DNA from: Chromatiales bacterium
Lineage (GTDB): Bacteria; Pseudomonadota; Gammaproteobacteria; JAGRCI01
Reading direction: 5' to 3'
NCBI GenBank assembly: GCA_020445565.1
Contig: JAGRGI010000031.1
Span: 19,419 to 83,418 of the forward strand
DNA: 64,000 nt
The translations under genes were made by a program, and so were the position numbers. The notes below the pieces were generated by a model that saw nothing but the letters and a program-made list of their open reading frames with translations, was not told where the DNA came from and did no database searches. Positions within the stretch are counted from its first letter, which is position 1; each line of letters opens with the position of its first letter. Positions 35,401-44,650 of the stretch are shown in pieces.

Positions 35401-37917
35401 TCAGAAGGTCTTGAGGAAGGCGACCAGGGCGCGACGATCCTCGTCGCTCAACTCCGGCTCCGTGCCGAAGGCCCGCTCGTCGGCGCTCAGACCATCCTGC
35501 CGGTTGAACTCCGTGGTACCGAAGTAGTGACCACGATTCACCACCAGGTCCGGGCACTTGCTCAGTCGCAGCATGGGCTCCTTGAGGGCGGCAAAGTGCT
35601 TGCGCAGTTCCTCGTCCGTGGCATCGTCGGGTGACGAGGCCAGCGCCAGTTTCAGTTTGAGCAGAAACTCGCCCATGTTCTTCACCTGAGCCACCACCGC
35701 CTTCGGGTCCTTGGACTCGGCCCGCAGGCGCAAGTTGGACAACAGGCCCACCGGCGTACCCTTGGGTATCGGCCCCAGCTCCACGTCACCGCCCGAAGAA
35801 ATCAGCCAGGGCAGCAGGCGATGCATAGTGCCCTGCAAGGGCTGCATCACCTCCGGCACATAGCCCTCGGGAATGGTGACGCTGCTGCGTGCGGTGGTGC
35901 GATCGATGGTGCCAGGCACCTTGTCGCCCAACACGGAATCACGCTCGCGCTTCTCGGGCCACAGCATCTTCTCGATGGACTCATCGAACACCTGCATACG
36001 GGCGGCAACGGAGGGATCAGTATCGAAGCTGCCGACCGTGTTGTTGAGCAGATAAGGGCCGGACGACCACAGCGAGATCAGCGACGGCACCCGGGTGTAA
36101 CCGCGACCACCGGCCGGCATCTCGTAGGGCATGGGCTCGCCGGTGAAGGGGTCGCTCAGGGTGACCGTACCCACCGAGGGCAGTTGCTTGTAGGACTGCG
36201 ACGAGAAGTTGTCCCAGATATTGCCCTCCAGGGCGTTGGTCGCCAGCGGGCTGCACACATTGGTACGCAACAGGGTCGCCGGGATGCGCTGGTCGGTGGA
36301 CAGGTAATTGCCCGTCAGGAAATCCGGCGCATGGACGATCTCGCGCATCGCCTGTTTGTAGTCGTCGGTCTGGGTCCACTTCCAGTAGCGTTTGAAGCAA
36401 TCCAGGTAACCGGCGCCCTTGCATTGCATCGGGTCCAGGTCCGCCGGCAGGGGCGGCGCCTTGCTGGAGTGGCAGCGGGCACAGGTATCGGCGAACACGT
36501 CCTTGCCATGCGCCAATACCGCGGCATCGGTATCCAGATAGTCCTGCCCGCCAGGGGCGTCCTTCAAACGATCGGGTTGAGCGGCCTTGAGAAAGAAGCG
36601 CGCGGTGTCCAGATTGCCCTGCTCCGTGGCCTGCCAGTAAACCGAGTTCTTCTGCGCCGTGGCGATGGGGATGGGAGTGATGGTCTTGCCGCCCACCACC
36701 GGTTTGAAGTGCAACAGCCACTCCTCGCTGAACAGACCGATGTTCAGATAGACGCGATTGAGTGCCCCCAACAGGCCGACGGCGTCCGACCCGTCCTTGA
36801 GCACCCGCGGCGTACGCACGATGCCGGTCTTGGGATCAAAGAAGTCTGTCAGCGGACCTTCCTTGACGAAGTCGTTGAACTGCTTGTTGTCCAGCTCGCC
36901 ACCGGTTAACTGCGAATGGCCCAGTTCGTGGGCCAGCCCCATGCGCGCCACGAAGTCGTAAACCGAGTTCATGGTGCGCGGATTATTGATGTAATCGGTG
37001 GAGATCAGCGAGGTGTCCATGCTCCCCGGACGGAAGGTATGGGCCAACTGATACATGAAATTGGTCTGACCTTCGGGCTTGTTCGAGTTATGGATGAACA
37101 AACGATCCACCCACATATACTGGGCGCCCACCGATGAACTCAGATCGGCGTAACGGGGGTTCTCCGGGTCCTTGGGCGGATGGATGGGGCTGGGGCCGAT
37201 ATGGCAGAAACCGCAGGACATGCCTACCCGGTAGGGGCGCACCAGATCCTTGCGGTTGTAGTAATCGGGATCGGTGTAATAGCGATCCGGGTCCCACGCC
37301 TTGGCCGCTTCGGCATCGAAGGCCGGATTGGGGAACAGCCGCAAACCGAGAACACCGCTGGCGTAGCCATAATAGGAACCCACCGGATGGGTCTTGCCCT
37401 CACCCAGGGACTTGCCCCTGGCGCCGATGGCGACACCGGGGTATTTGCTCTCGTTCTCGAAGGGATCGGCCTCGCAACCCTTGCCGCGCACGTCCAGCCA
37501 CAGGCCATAGCGATCCTTGCGCGGCGCCTTGGGCTGTTCGAAGCAGGGTTCGTTCACCAGGCCGAGATAGGTCCAGCGGTTGGCGCGGGAATAGCCCTGG
37601 TCGGGGTGATTGCTGATGATCTTGAGCAGATCGAAGGCACCATAGGTGTAATCGCTCATCAGATCCCAGAGCCGATCGTTGCCGCCGCTCCACACGTTCC
37701 ACATATTGCGGCCCCTGACCTCTTCCGGCGTCAAGGCGATGCCGTTGTCCATGTCGTGGAACCAGTCTTCATCGGCCTGGGGAAACGAATCGGCGGTGCG
37801 GCCCGCCAGTTTGGCCTCGTCAAAAACCTTGCCAGGTTCCGGGCCCTTGTCGCAGGCCGCCAGGGTCAGTGCGCCACAGAACAGTGGCAGCAGGAATCCA
37901 GTGCGTATACCGGACAT
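35401..37917 (-). CDS. Large lipoprotein with two c-type haem motifs
   Basis: 838 aa. Lipobox LTLAAC. Haem motifs CGFCH and CARCH. No further family recognised. Confidence 0.7.
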   Translation of the reverse strand: MSGIRTGFLLPLFCGALTLAACDKGPEPGKVFDEAKLAGRTADSFPQADEDWFHDMDNGIALTPEEVRGRNMWNVWSGGNDRLWDLMSDYTYGAFDLLKIISNHPDQGYSRANRWTYLGLVNEPCFEQPKAPRKDRYGLWLDVRGKGCEADPFENESKYPGVAIGARGKSLGEGKTHPVGSYYGYASGVLGLRLFPNPAFDAEAAKAWDPDRYYTDPDYYNRKDLVRPYRVGMSCGFCHIGPSPIHPPKDPENPRYADLSSSVGAQYMWVDRLFIHNSNKPEGQTNFMYQLAHTFRPGSMDTSLISTDYINNPRTMNSVYDFVARMGLAHELGHSQLTGGELDNKQFNDFVKEGPLTDFFDPKTGIVRTPRVLKDGSDAVGLLGALNRVYLNIGLFSEEWLLHFKPVVGGKTITPIPIATAQKNSVYWQATEQGNLDTARFFLKAAQPDRLKDAPGGQDYLDTDAAVLAHGKDVFADTCARCHSSKAPPLPADLDPMQCKGAGYLDCFKRYWKWTQTDDYKQAMREIVHAPDFLTGNYLSTDQRIPATLLRTNVCSPLATNALEGNIWDNFSSQSYKQLPSVGTVTLSDPFTGEPMPYEMPAGGRGYTRVPSLISLWSSGPYLLNNTVGSFDTDPSVAARMQVFDESIEKMLWPEKRERDSVLGDKVPGTIDRTTARSSVTIPEGYVPEVMQPLQGTMHRLLPWLISSGGDVELGPIPKGTPVGLLSNLRLRAESKDPKAVVAQVKNMGEFLLKLKLALASSPDDATDEELRKHFAALKEPMLRLSKCPDLVVNRGHYFGTTEFNRQDGLSADERAFGTEPELSDEDRRALVAFLKTF

Positions 37918-38241
37918 GAATCACTCCTCCTTTGCTTGTTTTCCGAATCGTTCTAGCGTCGAAACCAGGCCAAGTGCCGGCTTCGGGATGCGGTTCGATC
38001 AGGACAAGGCAGGGACTCAACGTAGGTCCGGTGCAAGTCAATTCCGACCGACGGAACCGTGCCCGGAATAACGCTGTTGTGTCGCGTTCCCTTGCCCGTC
38101 CTGTTTCACCGTTGTTACGAATCCCATAAATGCGTGGATGCAAATTCCCGACGAACGGTTGCCTCGCCAAGTACGCCGGCAACATTCGACCTCAGAGTTC
38201 TGCGCTACTATTTCCGTGAAATCGCTATGGGAGTACGTTCC

Positions 38242-40617
38242 ATGACAGGTCAAGCGGACAAGCCCGTCGGACGCAATATTGTTTTGTGCATGGACGGAAC
38301 CGGAAACGCTGGCGGTGTCGGCGATCAGACCAACGTCTGGCGTCTGCTCCAAGCCATCGATCGCACCCCCCCTGTTGAGGGAGACCCCGACCAGCTCACC
38401 TACTATGACGACGGGGTCGGAACCGCAGCATTCAGCCCGGCCCGCATTGCGGGACTGGTCTTCGGCTGGGGCTTGAGCAAGAACATCCGTGATACCTATA
38501 CCTTCCTGGTGTCACACTACCGGCCCGGCGACCGTATCTTCCTGGTGGGTTTCAGCCGGGGGGCGTTTACCGCCCGCAGTGTGGCGCAATTGATCGCCCA
38601 GTTCGGCGTCATCAGGGCCAGGGACACAGAGGCCGAAACCCATCGCGATGTCGTGGAGACCTTTCGGGCTTACCGGTTCGCGCATTGGAAGGGTCTTCAA
38701 AATACTACCGGGGAGCATGAGCTTCCTTTCCGGCAAGACGAAAAATTTGCTGACGCCGCTATCGGCTATCGGTCTTCCTGGCGGGTACCCAGGGAAGAAG
38801 GTTCAGATGACACACGTGTTCCGGTCGAATGCCTGGCAATCTGGGACACCGTCGGTGCGGTAGCGATGCCCATATACGAAATGCGTCGCGCGTTGGAGTG
38901 GATACTGAAGGGTGCCGCCAGGCTCCCCGGCATGGCAAAGCGGACACCCGTCGTGAATCATATCGACGGCAGACCACCCGCAAACATTCAGCATGGCTTT
39001 CATGCCCTGGCCATCGACGACAGGCGCTTTGCCTTCTGGCCGACGCTTTGGACGAAAACCGGCAATGACGCCTTCGATGCGAGGTTCGAACAGGTCTGGT
39101 TCGCCGGTATGCACGCCGACGTGGGAGGCGGCTATCCAAAGCACAGCCTGTCACTGGTGTCCCTCAACTGGATGTTGAACCGACTCGAAACCCTGGGATT
39201 GCGGTTTCTCGCCAGCGATCGCGAACACTATCGGCAGCACGCCAATGCGCTGGGGACCATGAACGACTCCCGAGGCGGTGTTGGCATGTATTATCGATAC
39301 AATCCGCGGGACATCCCGATGCTTTGGCAAGAAGCCAACGAGAAGGCCAAAGACCCACCCCCGCTGGCGGTGCATGAGAGTGTGCTTGCCCGTATTCAGG
39401 ATAAGGCGCAAGACTACGCCCCGTATAATCTCCCTGCCCAGTTCGAGGTCGTCGGCGACGATGGCAGGCGGCACTCCTGGCCAAGTGATGCCAATGCCTA
39501 CGATGCCGACCCCAAGCGCGCCGCAAGTGCCGGGGCACGCAACGACCATGCGGATGGCCCTGGCTGTCTGGTCTGCAATCGCCGCCTGCTGTATCTGATC
39601 TTCGTCGCCACAACGCTGGCATTCCTTATCGTTCTTCTGGGCCTGAATCCGGCGCCGGAGGACTATACCGCCGTACCGGGCGAAACGTCGTGGCTGTTGG
39701 ATAAATTCGGCTCCGTCCGCGATGGCCTGGGTTGGCTGTTCGGCATCCTGCTGCCGGACGCCCTGCGCGACAAGTTCGCCGTATTGACAGATTTCAAGTA
39801 TCCATTCTGGACTTTCGTTATTTTATCCCTGCTCCTTTGGGCCTGGCATGTTCGTCTCAAGGGCAAAAGCGACAGACTGTCACAGAAAATCTGGAACCAC
39901 GCCTTTCACGGATCGCAACTGCCGGAAGGCCGGGGTGGAAAGGCGATCCGTTGGTCGAGGGAGTGCTGGATCAAGGTGTATATTTTCCCCGTGTTCCTGC
40001 TATTCGGCATCGGCGCTCTGCTCACGGTACGGTGGATCAATGTAGAACAGGAGTCGACCTACTTCGGTGTCACAAAACCGAACTGCGAGGCGAACGGAAA
40101 AAGCGGTTGGATCACCTTCGACGCACGTTGTCCGAGTTTCGATACCGGTATCGACCTGGAAAAGGGCAAGCAATACAAAATCGTTCTGGATACCATGCCC
40201 CAGTGGTTCGACAAGTGCGTTCCCGCCTCCCCCCGTGGCTTTGGCTGGGTGAAGGATGAGATCCCGCCCCTGATCCGCCATCGCTGTCCCGATTTGAAAA
40301 TGATACCCAGGACACAGATCGATTCCTTCCCACGCAAGGAGAGAGCCAAGGATCAGGAAAGTCGCTTGATCTTTCGTATCACCGAAGGTTTTCGCGCCGT
40401 ACCGGGCGAACCACGCTGGTTTGCCCTGATGGCAAAGGCCGGCAGTGGCGCGTCACATGCCTGGCCCGACAAACCGGATGGCACGGAGATGCTCATCACT
40501 GGCGATGGACGCCTGAAACTGTTCGTGAACGATATACCCCGGTTCCTGTTTTGGGACCTCTACGCCAACAACTACGGAACGGCCAGGGTTCGGATTTACG
40601 CGGACGAGGGAAAATGA
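38242..40617 (+). CDS. DUF2235 / Tle1-like alpha/beta hydrolase fused to three TM helices and a C-terminal beta-rich domain
   Basis: The N-terminus reads IVLCMDGTGN...VWRL...YYDDGVGT, with nucleophile elbow GFSRGAFTAR and GMHADVGGGY. TM helices: LLYLIFVATTLAFLIVLLGL, FWTFVILSLLLWAW, VYIFPVFLLFGIGALL. The C-terminus reads GRLKLFVNDIP...YANNYGTARVRIY. The start is ATG 38242 (GGGAG upstream) or 38227. The ORF-track start at 38059 is unlikely. Confidence 0.7.
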   Translation: MTGQADKPVGRNIVLCMDGTGNAGGVGDQTNVWRLLQAIDRTPPVEGDPDQLTYYDDGVGTAAFSPARIAGLVFGWGLSKNIRDTYTFLVSHYRPGDRIFLVGFSRGAFTARSVAQLIAQFGVIRARDTEAETHRDVVETFRAYRFAHWKGLQNTTGEHELPFRQDEKFADAAIGYRSSWRVPREEGSDDTRVPVECLAIWDTVGAVAMPIYEMRRALEWILKGAARLPGMAKRTPVVNHIDGRPPANIQHGFHALAIDDRRFAFWPTLWTKTGNDAFDARFEQVWFAGMHADVGGGYPKHSLSLVSLNWMLNRLETLGLRFLASDREHYRQHANALGTMNDSRGGVGMYYRYNPRDIPMLWQEANEKAKDPPPLAVHESVLARIQDKAQDYAPYNLPAQFEVVGDDGRRHSWPSDANAYDADPKRAASAGARNDHADGPGCLVCNRRLLYLIFVATTLAFLIVLLGLNPAPEDYTAVPGETSWLLDKFGSVRDGLGWLFGILLPDALRDKFAVLTDFKYPFWTFVILSLLLWAWHVRLKGKSDRLSQKIWNHAFHGSQLPEGRGGKAIRWSRECWIKVYIFPVFLLFGIGALLTVRWINVEQESTYFGVTKPNCEANGKSGWITFDARCPSFDTGIDLEKGKQYKIVLDTMPQWFDKCVPASPRGFGWVKDEIPPLIRHRCPDLKMIPRTQIDSFPRKERAKDQESRLIFRITEGFRAVPGEPRWFALMAKAGSGASHAWPDKPDGTEMLITGDGRLKLFVNDIPRFLFWDLYANNYGTARVRIYADEGK

Positions 40618-40624
40618 CAGGATA

Positions 40625-41032
40625 TCAGTCCCCATTCACCGCCCTGTCCTCCCGGTCGCTAGCATGCATCCGGTGGATCAGTTCGGCTTCGGAGCGGGTC
40701 AGATTGCAGTTGGTGATCAGGTCTTCCACGCTGGCCCCGCCTTGCACCATACGGATGGCCGGACCGTAGGGCTGAGTGGCGTCGCTGACCTGTGTGAGGC
40801 GATCCTGCCCGTCGCGCAGTTCGCGCAGATGGGTTTCCATGCGTACCACCCGGCCGCCCATGTTCATGCTGCCGTTGGTGAGGCCGGACAGAGCCTGTTC
40901 GAGATGGGCGAGACGTCGATTGAGGGCAAGATTGCCGTTTTCGAGACTGCGAATCCGTTTGCGCCAATGCCTGGCCATCACTGCGAACACAGCGGCAAGG
41001 AGCACAAGTGCAATGGCCAGGGCAATCGTCAT
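40625..41032 (-). CDS. DUF2802-like small membrane protein (flagellar/che cluster associated)
   Basis: 135 aa from ATG 41032 (MTIALAIALVLLAAVFAV...). It occupies the position downstream of cheW, as in Pseudomonas-type clusters. The 281-aa ORF-track version overlaps cheW. Confidence 0.6.
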   Translation of the reverse strand: MTIALAIALVLLAAVFAVMARHWRKRIRSLENGNLALNRRLAHLEQALSGLTNGSMNMGGRVVRMETHLRELRDGQDRLTQVSDATQPYGPAIRMVQGGASVEDLITNCNLTRSEAELIHRMHASDREDRAVNGD

Positions 41033-41034
41033 TC

Positions 41035-41511
41035 CTAGAACATACTCATTTCGCCCCACTCGTCTTCGGTGAGGAGCTTGTTCAGATCCACGAGAATCAG
41101 CAGTTGGTTTTTCTGACTGCTGACACCCTGAATATAGCGCGAGCTTTCTTCGTTGCCGACATTCGGCGTAGTCTCGATCTGAGAGCTGGGCAGCTCCTGC
41201 ACCTCGGCAACACTGTCCACCAGGATACCGATGACCTGTTGATCGGACTCGATGATGACGATACGGCTGGAATCGTCCACATCCCTTGGCGGCAGACCGA
41301 AGCGGCTGCGGGTGTCGATCACGGTGACCACGTTGCCGCGCAGATTGATGATGCCCAGTACATAAGCCGGCGCGCCGGGCACCGGCGCGATCTCCGTGAC
41401 CCGCAACACCTCCTGCACCTGCATCACGTTGATACCGTAGGTCTCGTCGTCCAGGCGAAAGGTTACCCATTGGCTGATGGGGTCGTTGGCCGCTTCTACC
41501 TTTGCACTCAT
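41035..41511 (-). CDS. cheW: Chemotaxis coupling protein CheW
   Basis: 158 aa. Reads QWVTFRLDDETYGINVMQVQEVLR...GIINLRGNVVTVID. Confidence 0.9.
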   Translation of the reverse strand: MSAKVEAANDPISQWVTFRLDDETYGINVMQVQEVLRVTEIAPVPGAPAYVLGIINLRGNVVTVIDTRSRFGLPPRDVDDSSRIVIIESDQQVIGILVDSVAEVQELPSSQIETTPNVGNEESSRYIQGVSSQKNQLLILVDLNKLLTEDEWGEMSMF

Positions 41512-42269
41512 CGCTTCACCCTGTTGTGGTCGCCCTTGGCCTGACCGCCTGCCGGACCCTTGCCCGGACGCGGCGCCTTACGCTGTGTTTCGACCAATTG
41601 CACCAATTCCTTTACATCGATCAGCGCGCACATTTCCTGGATCAGGGTTCCCGCCAGCCACGGGCGTTTGCCTCGGGCAGTGCGCCAGTTGACCGCGTCG
41701 GCCTCCAGCCGCAGCACCCGGCCGATGGCATCACAGCCCAGTCCCCAGCGGCCGTCGTCGATGAACAGGATGTGTGCCGGTTCCATGCGCTCGGCGCGAT
41801 CCACGCCGCCCAATTTCTCCGGCATGATCAGGCGGGCGGTATCGACGATGCCCACCTGCCGGCCGCGGTATTCTTTCAGCCCCAGGTACCAGAGGGGCTG
41901 ACCCGGAACCGACGTGATATCGTCCTCTCCCTTGGCGATACCGGCCAGATCGTTGAGGGCCACGGCCAACTTCAGACCATTGACGTGAAACACCAGGGTT
42001 TGAAACTGTCCCTTGGCCCATTCCGGCCGGGCCGGTTTTTCCTCCGCCGGCGGGGCGGAAACTGGCACCGGCGGCGGGACCGGTTTGGCAACCGGCTTGG
42101 CCACTTCCACCAGACTCACGACCGGTGCCCGCTCGGCCACCGGAGCGGGTTTGGGCTCCTCTGCCGCGGCCGCCAGCACCTCCACGTCGCGCAGCAGGGA
42201 TTGCAGGTAGTCGTCCACCACCACCTGTTCGGCTGTCTGTTGCGGTTTGCGGTGGGGCGGCTCGCTCAT
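41508..42269 (-). CDS. CheW-domain protein (second, longer)
   Basis: 253 aa. The C-terminal CheW-like domain reads FQTLVFHVNGLKLAVALNDL...WYLGLKEYRGRQVGIVD. ATGA overlaps occur at both ends. Confidence 0.75.
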   Translation of the reverse strand: MSEPPHRKPQQTAEQVVVDDYLQSLLRDVEVLAAAAEEPKPAPVAERAPVVSLVEVAKPVAKPVPPPVPVSAPPAEEKPARPEWAKGQFQTLVFHVNGLKLAVALNDLAGIAKGEDDITSVPGQPLWYLGLKEYRGRQVGIVDTARLIMPEKLGGVDRAERMEPAHILFIDDGRWGLGCDAIGRVLRLEADAVNWRTARGKRPWLAGTLIQEMCALIDVKELVQLVETQRKAPRPGKGPAGGQAKGDHNRVKR

Positions 42270-43078
42270 TGCGCGGATACCTTCTTGGGCAATTCCTGAT
42301 TCGCTGTTTGTTCGTCTTGAAGCAGGTCGTGCAGCAACTCGGTATAGGCACGCACACCGCGGCCGTTGGGGCTGTGGACCGGCGGCGGCAGGCCGAGCTT
42401 GCTGGCCTCGCGGAACTGGGTGTCCACGGGAATAACCGAGGACCAGATCTTATCCGGATAGCTCTCGCGCAACTGCCGCAGGGTGTCCACAGAGGCACGG
42501 GTACGCTGGTCGTAGAGGGTCGGCAGAATGGTGCAACGCAGGCTCGAACCGCGGGCGCGTAGAATCATTTGCAGGGTATGCAGCATGCGCTCCAGCCCTT
42601 TCATGGCCAGAAACTCGGTCTGCACCGGCACGATCAGTTGATCGCAGGCGGCCAGGGCGTTGACCATGAGCACCCCCAGCATGGGCGGACAATCCACCAG
42701 CACGTGGTCGTAACGTTTCTCCAGACGTTTGAGCGTTCGGGCCAAAACCAGCCCCATGCCGTCGCGCATACCGGCCTGGCGTTCCAGGGTGGCCAGGGCG
42801 GTGGAAGACGGCAGCAGATCCAGATATTCGGTTTCGGTCGGGCGTACCAGTGGCAGGGGATCGGACTCCTTGCCCTTGGAGGCGCGCGAAAATACCGTGA
42901 AGATACTGTGCTGAATGGTGTCGGGGTCGAAGCCGAAGTAGCTCGTCAGGGAACCGTGGGGATCCAGGTCCACCAGCAGGGTGGGCCGACTCCAGCTCGC
43001 CAGCAGACCGGCAAGGCTGACGGTGGTGGTGGTCTTGCCCACCCCGCCTTTCTGATTGGCAACGGCCCAGACCTTCAC
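42266..43078 (-). CDS. ParA/MinD-like ATPase of the che/mot cluster
   Basis: The GTG start at 43078 overlaps the motB stop (GTGA). The deviant Walker A reads VWAVANQKGGVGKTTT. Confidence 0.8.
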   Translation of the reverse strand: MKVWAVANQKGGVGKTTTTVSLAGLLASWSRPTLLVDLDPHGSLTSYFGFDPDTIQHSIFTVFSRASKGKESDPLPLVRPTETEYLDLLPSSTALATLERQAGMRDGMGLVLARTLKRLEKRYDHVLVDCPPMLGVLMVNALAACDQLIVPVQTEFLAMKGLERMLHTLQMILRARGSSLRCTILPTLYDQRTRASVDTLRQLRESYPDKIWSSVIPVDTQFREASKLGLPPPVHSPNGRGVRAYTELLHDLLQDEQTANQELPKKVSAQ

Positions 43079-43884
43079 GATCGCCCTCCCCCCGGCGGCA
43101 GGGCGACGCGGCGCTTCTCCTCTTCTGCCAATATCACCAGCAAAACCCGGCGATTCTTGTTGCGGCCCGAGTCCGTGGTATTGCTGGCAATGGGGCGGAA
43201 CTCGCCAAAACCGGTCGCGGACAGGCGGCGCGGGTCCAGACCGTATTGAGTGAGAAGGTGAACGACGCTGGCGGCACGTGCCGCGGACAGCTCCCAATTG
43301 GAGGGAAAGGCAGAGGTGTTGATGGGAATGTTGTCGGTGAAACCCTCCACCCGAATGGGATTGGGCAGGGGCTTGAGTATCGCCGCGATGGGTTTGAGGG
43401 CCGATACCGCCCCCCTGGCGATGCGGGCACTGCCGCTCTCGAACAGCAGGCTGCTTTTGAGTTCCACCTCCACCCAGGTCTCGCCACGGGTGACATTGAC
43501 CATCTCGTCGTCCATATAGGTGGACAGGGTACGTTCGATCTCTCCCATCATGAATTGCATGGAATCGCCCTGCTCCGCATCCTCGCTGCGATCCACCGGG
43601 CCGGCCGGGCGCCCCTCCCAGGGACCGCTGACGATACTGCTGCCACCCTCCAGTATGCCCTCTCCACCCCGCGCCTCGTTCCCCAGTGGGACGTTTTCGG
43701 TACGCGATGCGCTCTTGAACGCCTCCACCAGGGATTCTGACAGCACCCGGTACTTGCCCTCGTTCACCGAGGACACGGCGTACATCACCACGAAAAAGGC
43801 GAACAGCAGGGTGATGAAGTCCGCGTAGGACACCAACCAGCGTTCGTGATTTTCGTGTTCTTCGTGACGTTTCTTGCGGGCCAT
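43075..43884 (-). CDS. motB: Flagellar stator protein MotB (MotD-type)
   Basis: Reads MARKKRHEEHENHERWLVSYADFITLLFAFFVVMYA, with a C-terminal OmpA-like domain (NWELSAARAASV). Confidence 0.88.
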   Translation of the reverse strand: MARKKRHEEHENHERWLVSYADFITLLFAFFVVMYAVSSVNEGKYRVLSESLVEAFKSASRTENVPLGNEARGGEGILEGGSSIVSGPWEGRPAGPVDRSEDAEQGDSMQFMMGEIERTLSTYMDDEMVNVTRGETWVEVELKSSLLFESGSARIARGAVSALKPIAAILKPLPNPIRVEGFTDNIPINTSAFPSNWELSAARAASVVHLLTQYGLDPRRLSATGFGEFRPIASNTTDSGRNKNRRVLLVILAEEEKRRVALPPGGGRS

Positions 43885-43907
43885 AACGGCATCCCCGGCA
43901 ATGCCGG

Positions 43908-44648
43908 TCAATCAAGGTAACCTTGCAGCTTGGTTTCGATATAGCGGGGGTTGTCTCCTTCGGCGATGGAGATCAGCCCCTCCAACACCAGTTCGCGATA
44001 GCGGCTGCCGGCGGTCGCCACCGCCTTGAGTTTGCTCCCCAAGGGCAGAAACAGAAGGTTGGCCAATCCGACACCATAGATGGTGGCGACGAAGGCGGTA
44101 GCGATACCGCCCCCCAGTTTGCTGGGGTCGGAAAGATTCTGCATGACGTGTATCAGACCCATGACGGCACCGATGATGCCGATGGTGGGGCTGTACCCCC
44201 CCATGCCTTCAAACACCTTGGCGGCGGCCACGTCGTTTTGCTCACGGACATCGATTTCCACCTCCAGAACCTTACGCAATATGTCCGGCTCGCTACCGTC
44301 CACCAGCAGTTGCAGACCCTTGCGGGTAAACCCGTCCTGCTCGGATTCCGCCGGCCCTTCCAAGCCCAACAAGCCCTCCCGGCGGGCCAGTTGCGACCAA
44401 TCGACGATCTTGCGGATGGCCGCCTCAGGATCGTAGGCTGGCGGGCGAACGACACCGGCAATATTGCGCATCGCGCGGACGAAGATTGCCGGAGGCGTCT
44501 GCAACAGAATGGCCCCCACCGTACCGCCAAACACGATCACCAGGGCCGGGCCATTGAGCAATGAGCCTATGTGACCGCCTTCCAGAGCGTTTCCGCCGAT
44601 GATAGCGGCCAATCCCAGGATGACGCCGATGATACTGAGAAAATCCAT
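43908..44648 (-). CDS. motA: Flagellar stator protein MotA (MotC-type)
   Basis: 246 aa, MotA/TolQ/ExbB-type. Reads IGGNALEGGHIGSLLN...MGGYSPTIGIIGAVMGLI. Confidence 0.88.
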   Translation of the reverse strand: MDFLSIIGVILGLAAIIGGNALEGGHIGSLLNGPALVIVFGGTVGAILLQTPPAIFVRAMRNIAGVVRPPAYDPEAAIRKIVDWSQLARREGLLGLEGPAESEQDGFTRKGLQLLVDGSEPDILRKVLEVEIDVREQNDVAAAKVFEGMGGYSPTIGIIGAVMGLIHVMQNLSDPSKLGGGIATAFVATIYGVGLANLLFLPLGSKLKAVATAGSRYRELVLEGLISIAEGDNPRYIETKLQGYLD

Positions 44649-44650
44649 GC

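Noticed and set aside
40625-41470. 281-aa ORF-track entry, and the 549-aa entry 42266..43915.
   Set aside because: Both are in-frame upstream extensions running through neighbouring genes (cheW, motB) in another frame. Internal starts give a DUF2802-like protein (ATG 41032) and a ParA-like protein (GTG 43078, GTGA-coupled) that fit the canonical cluster.
43075-44648. MotA/MotB pair as a possible Zorya-type (ZorAB) defence module.
   Set aside because: They are ordinary-length stator proteins embedded between cheB and parA-like/cheW, in the standard che/mot order. No ZorC/D/E-like genes are present.
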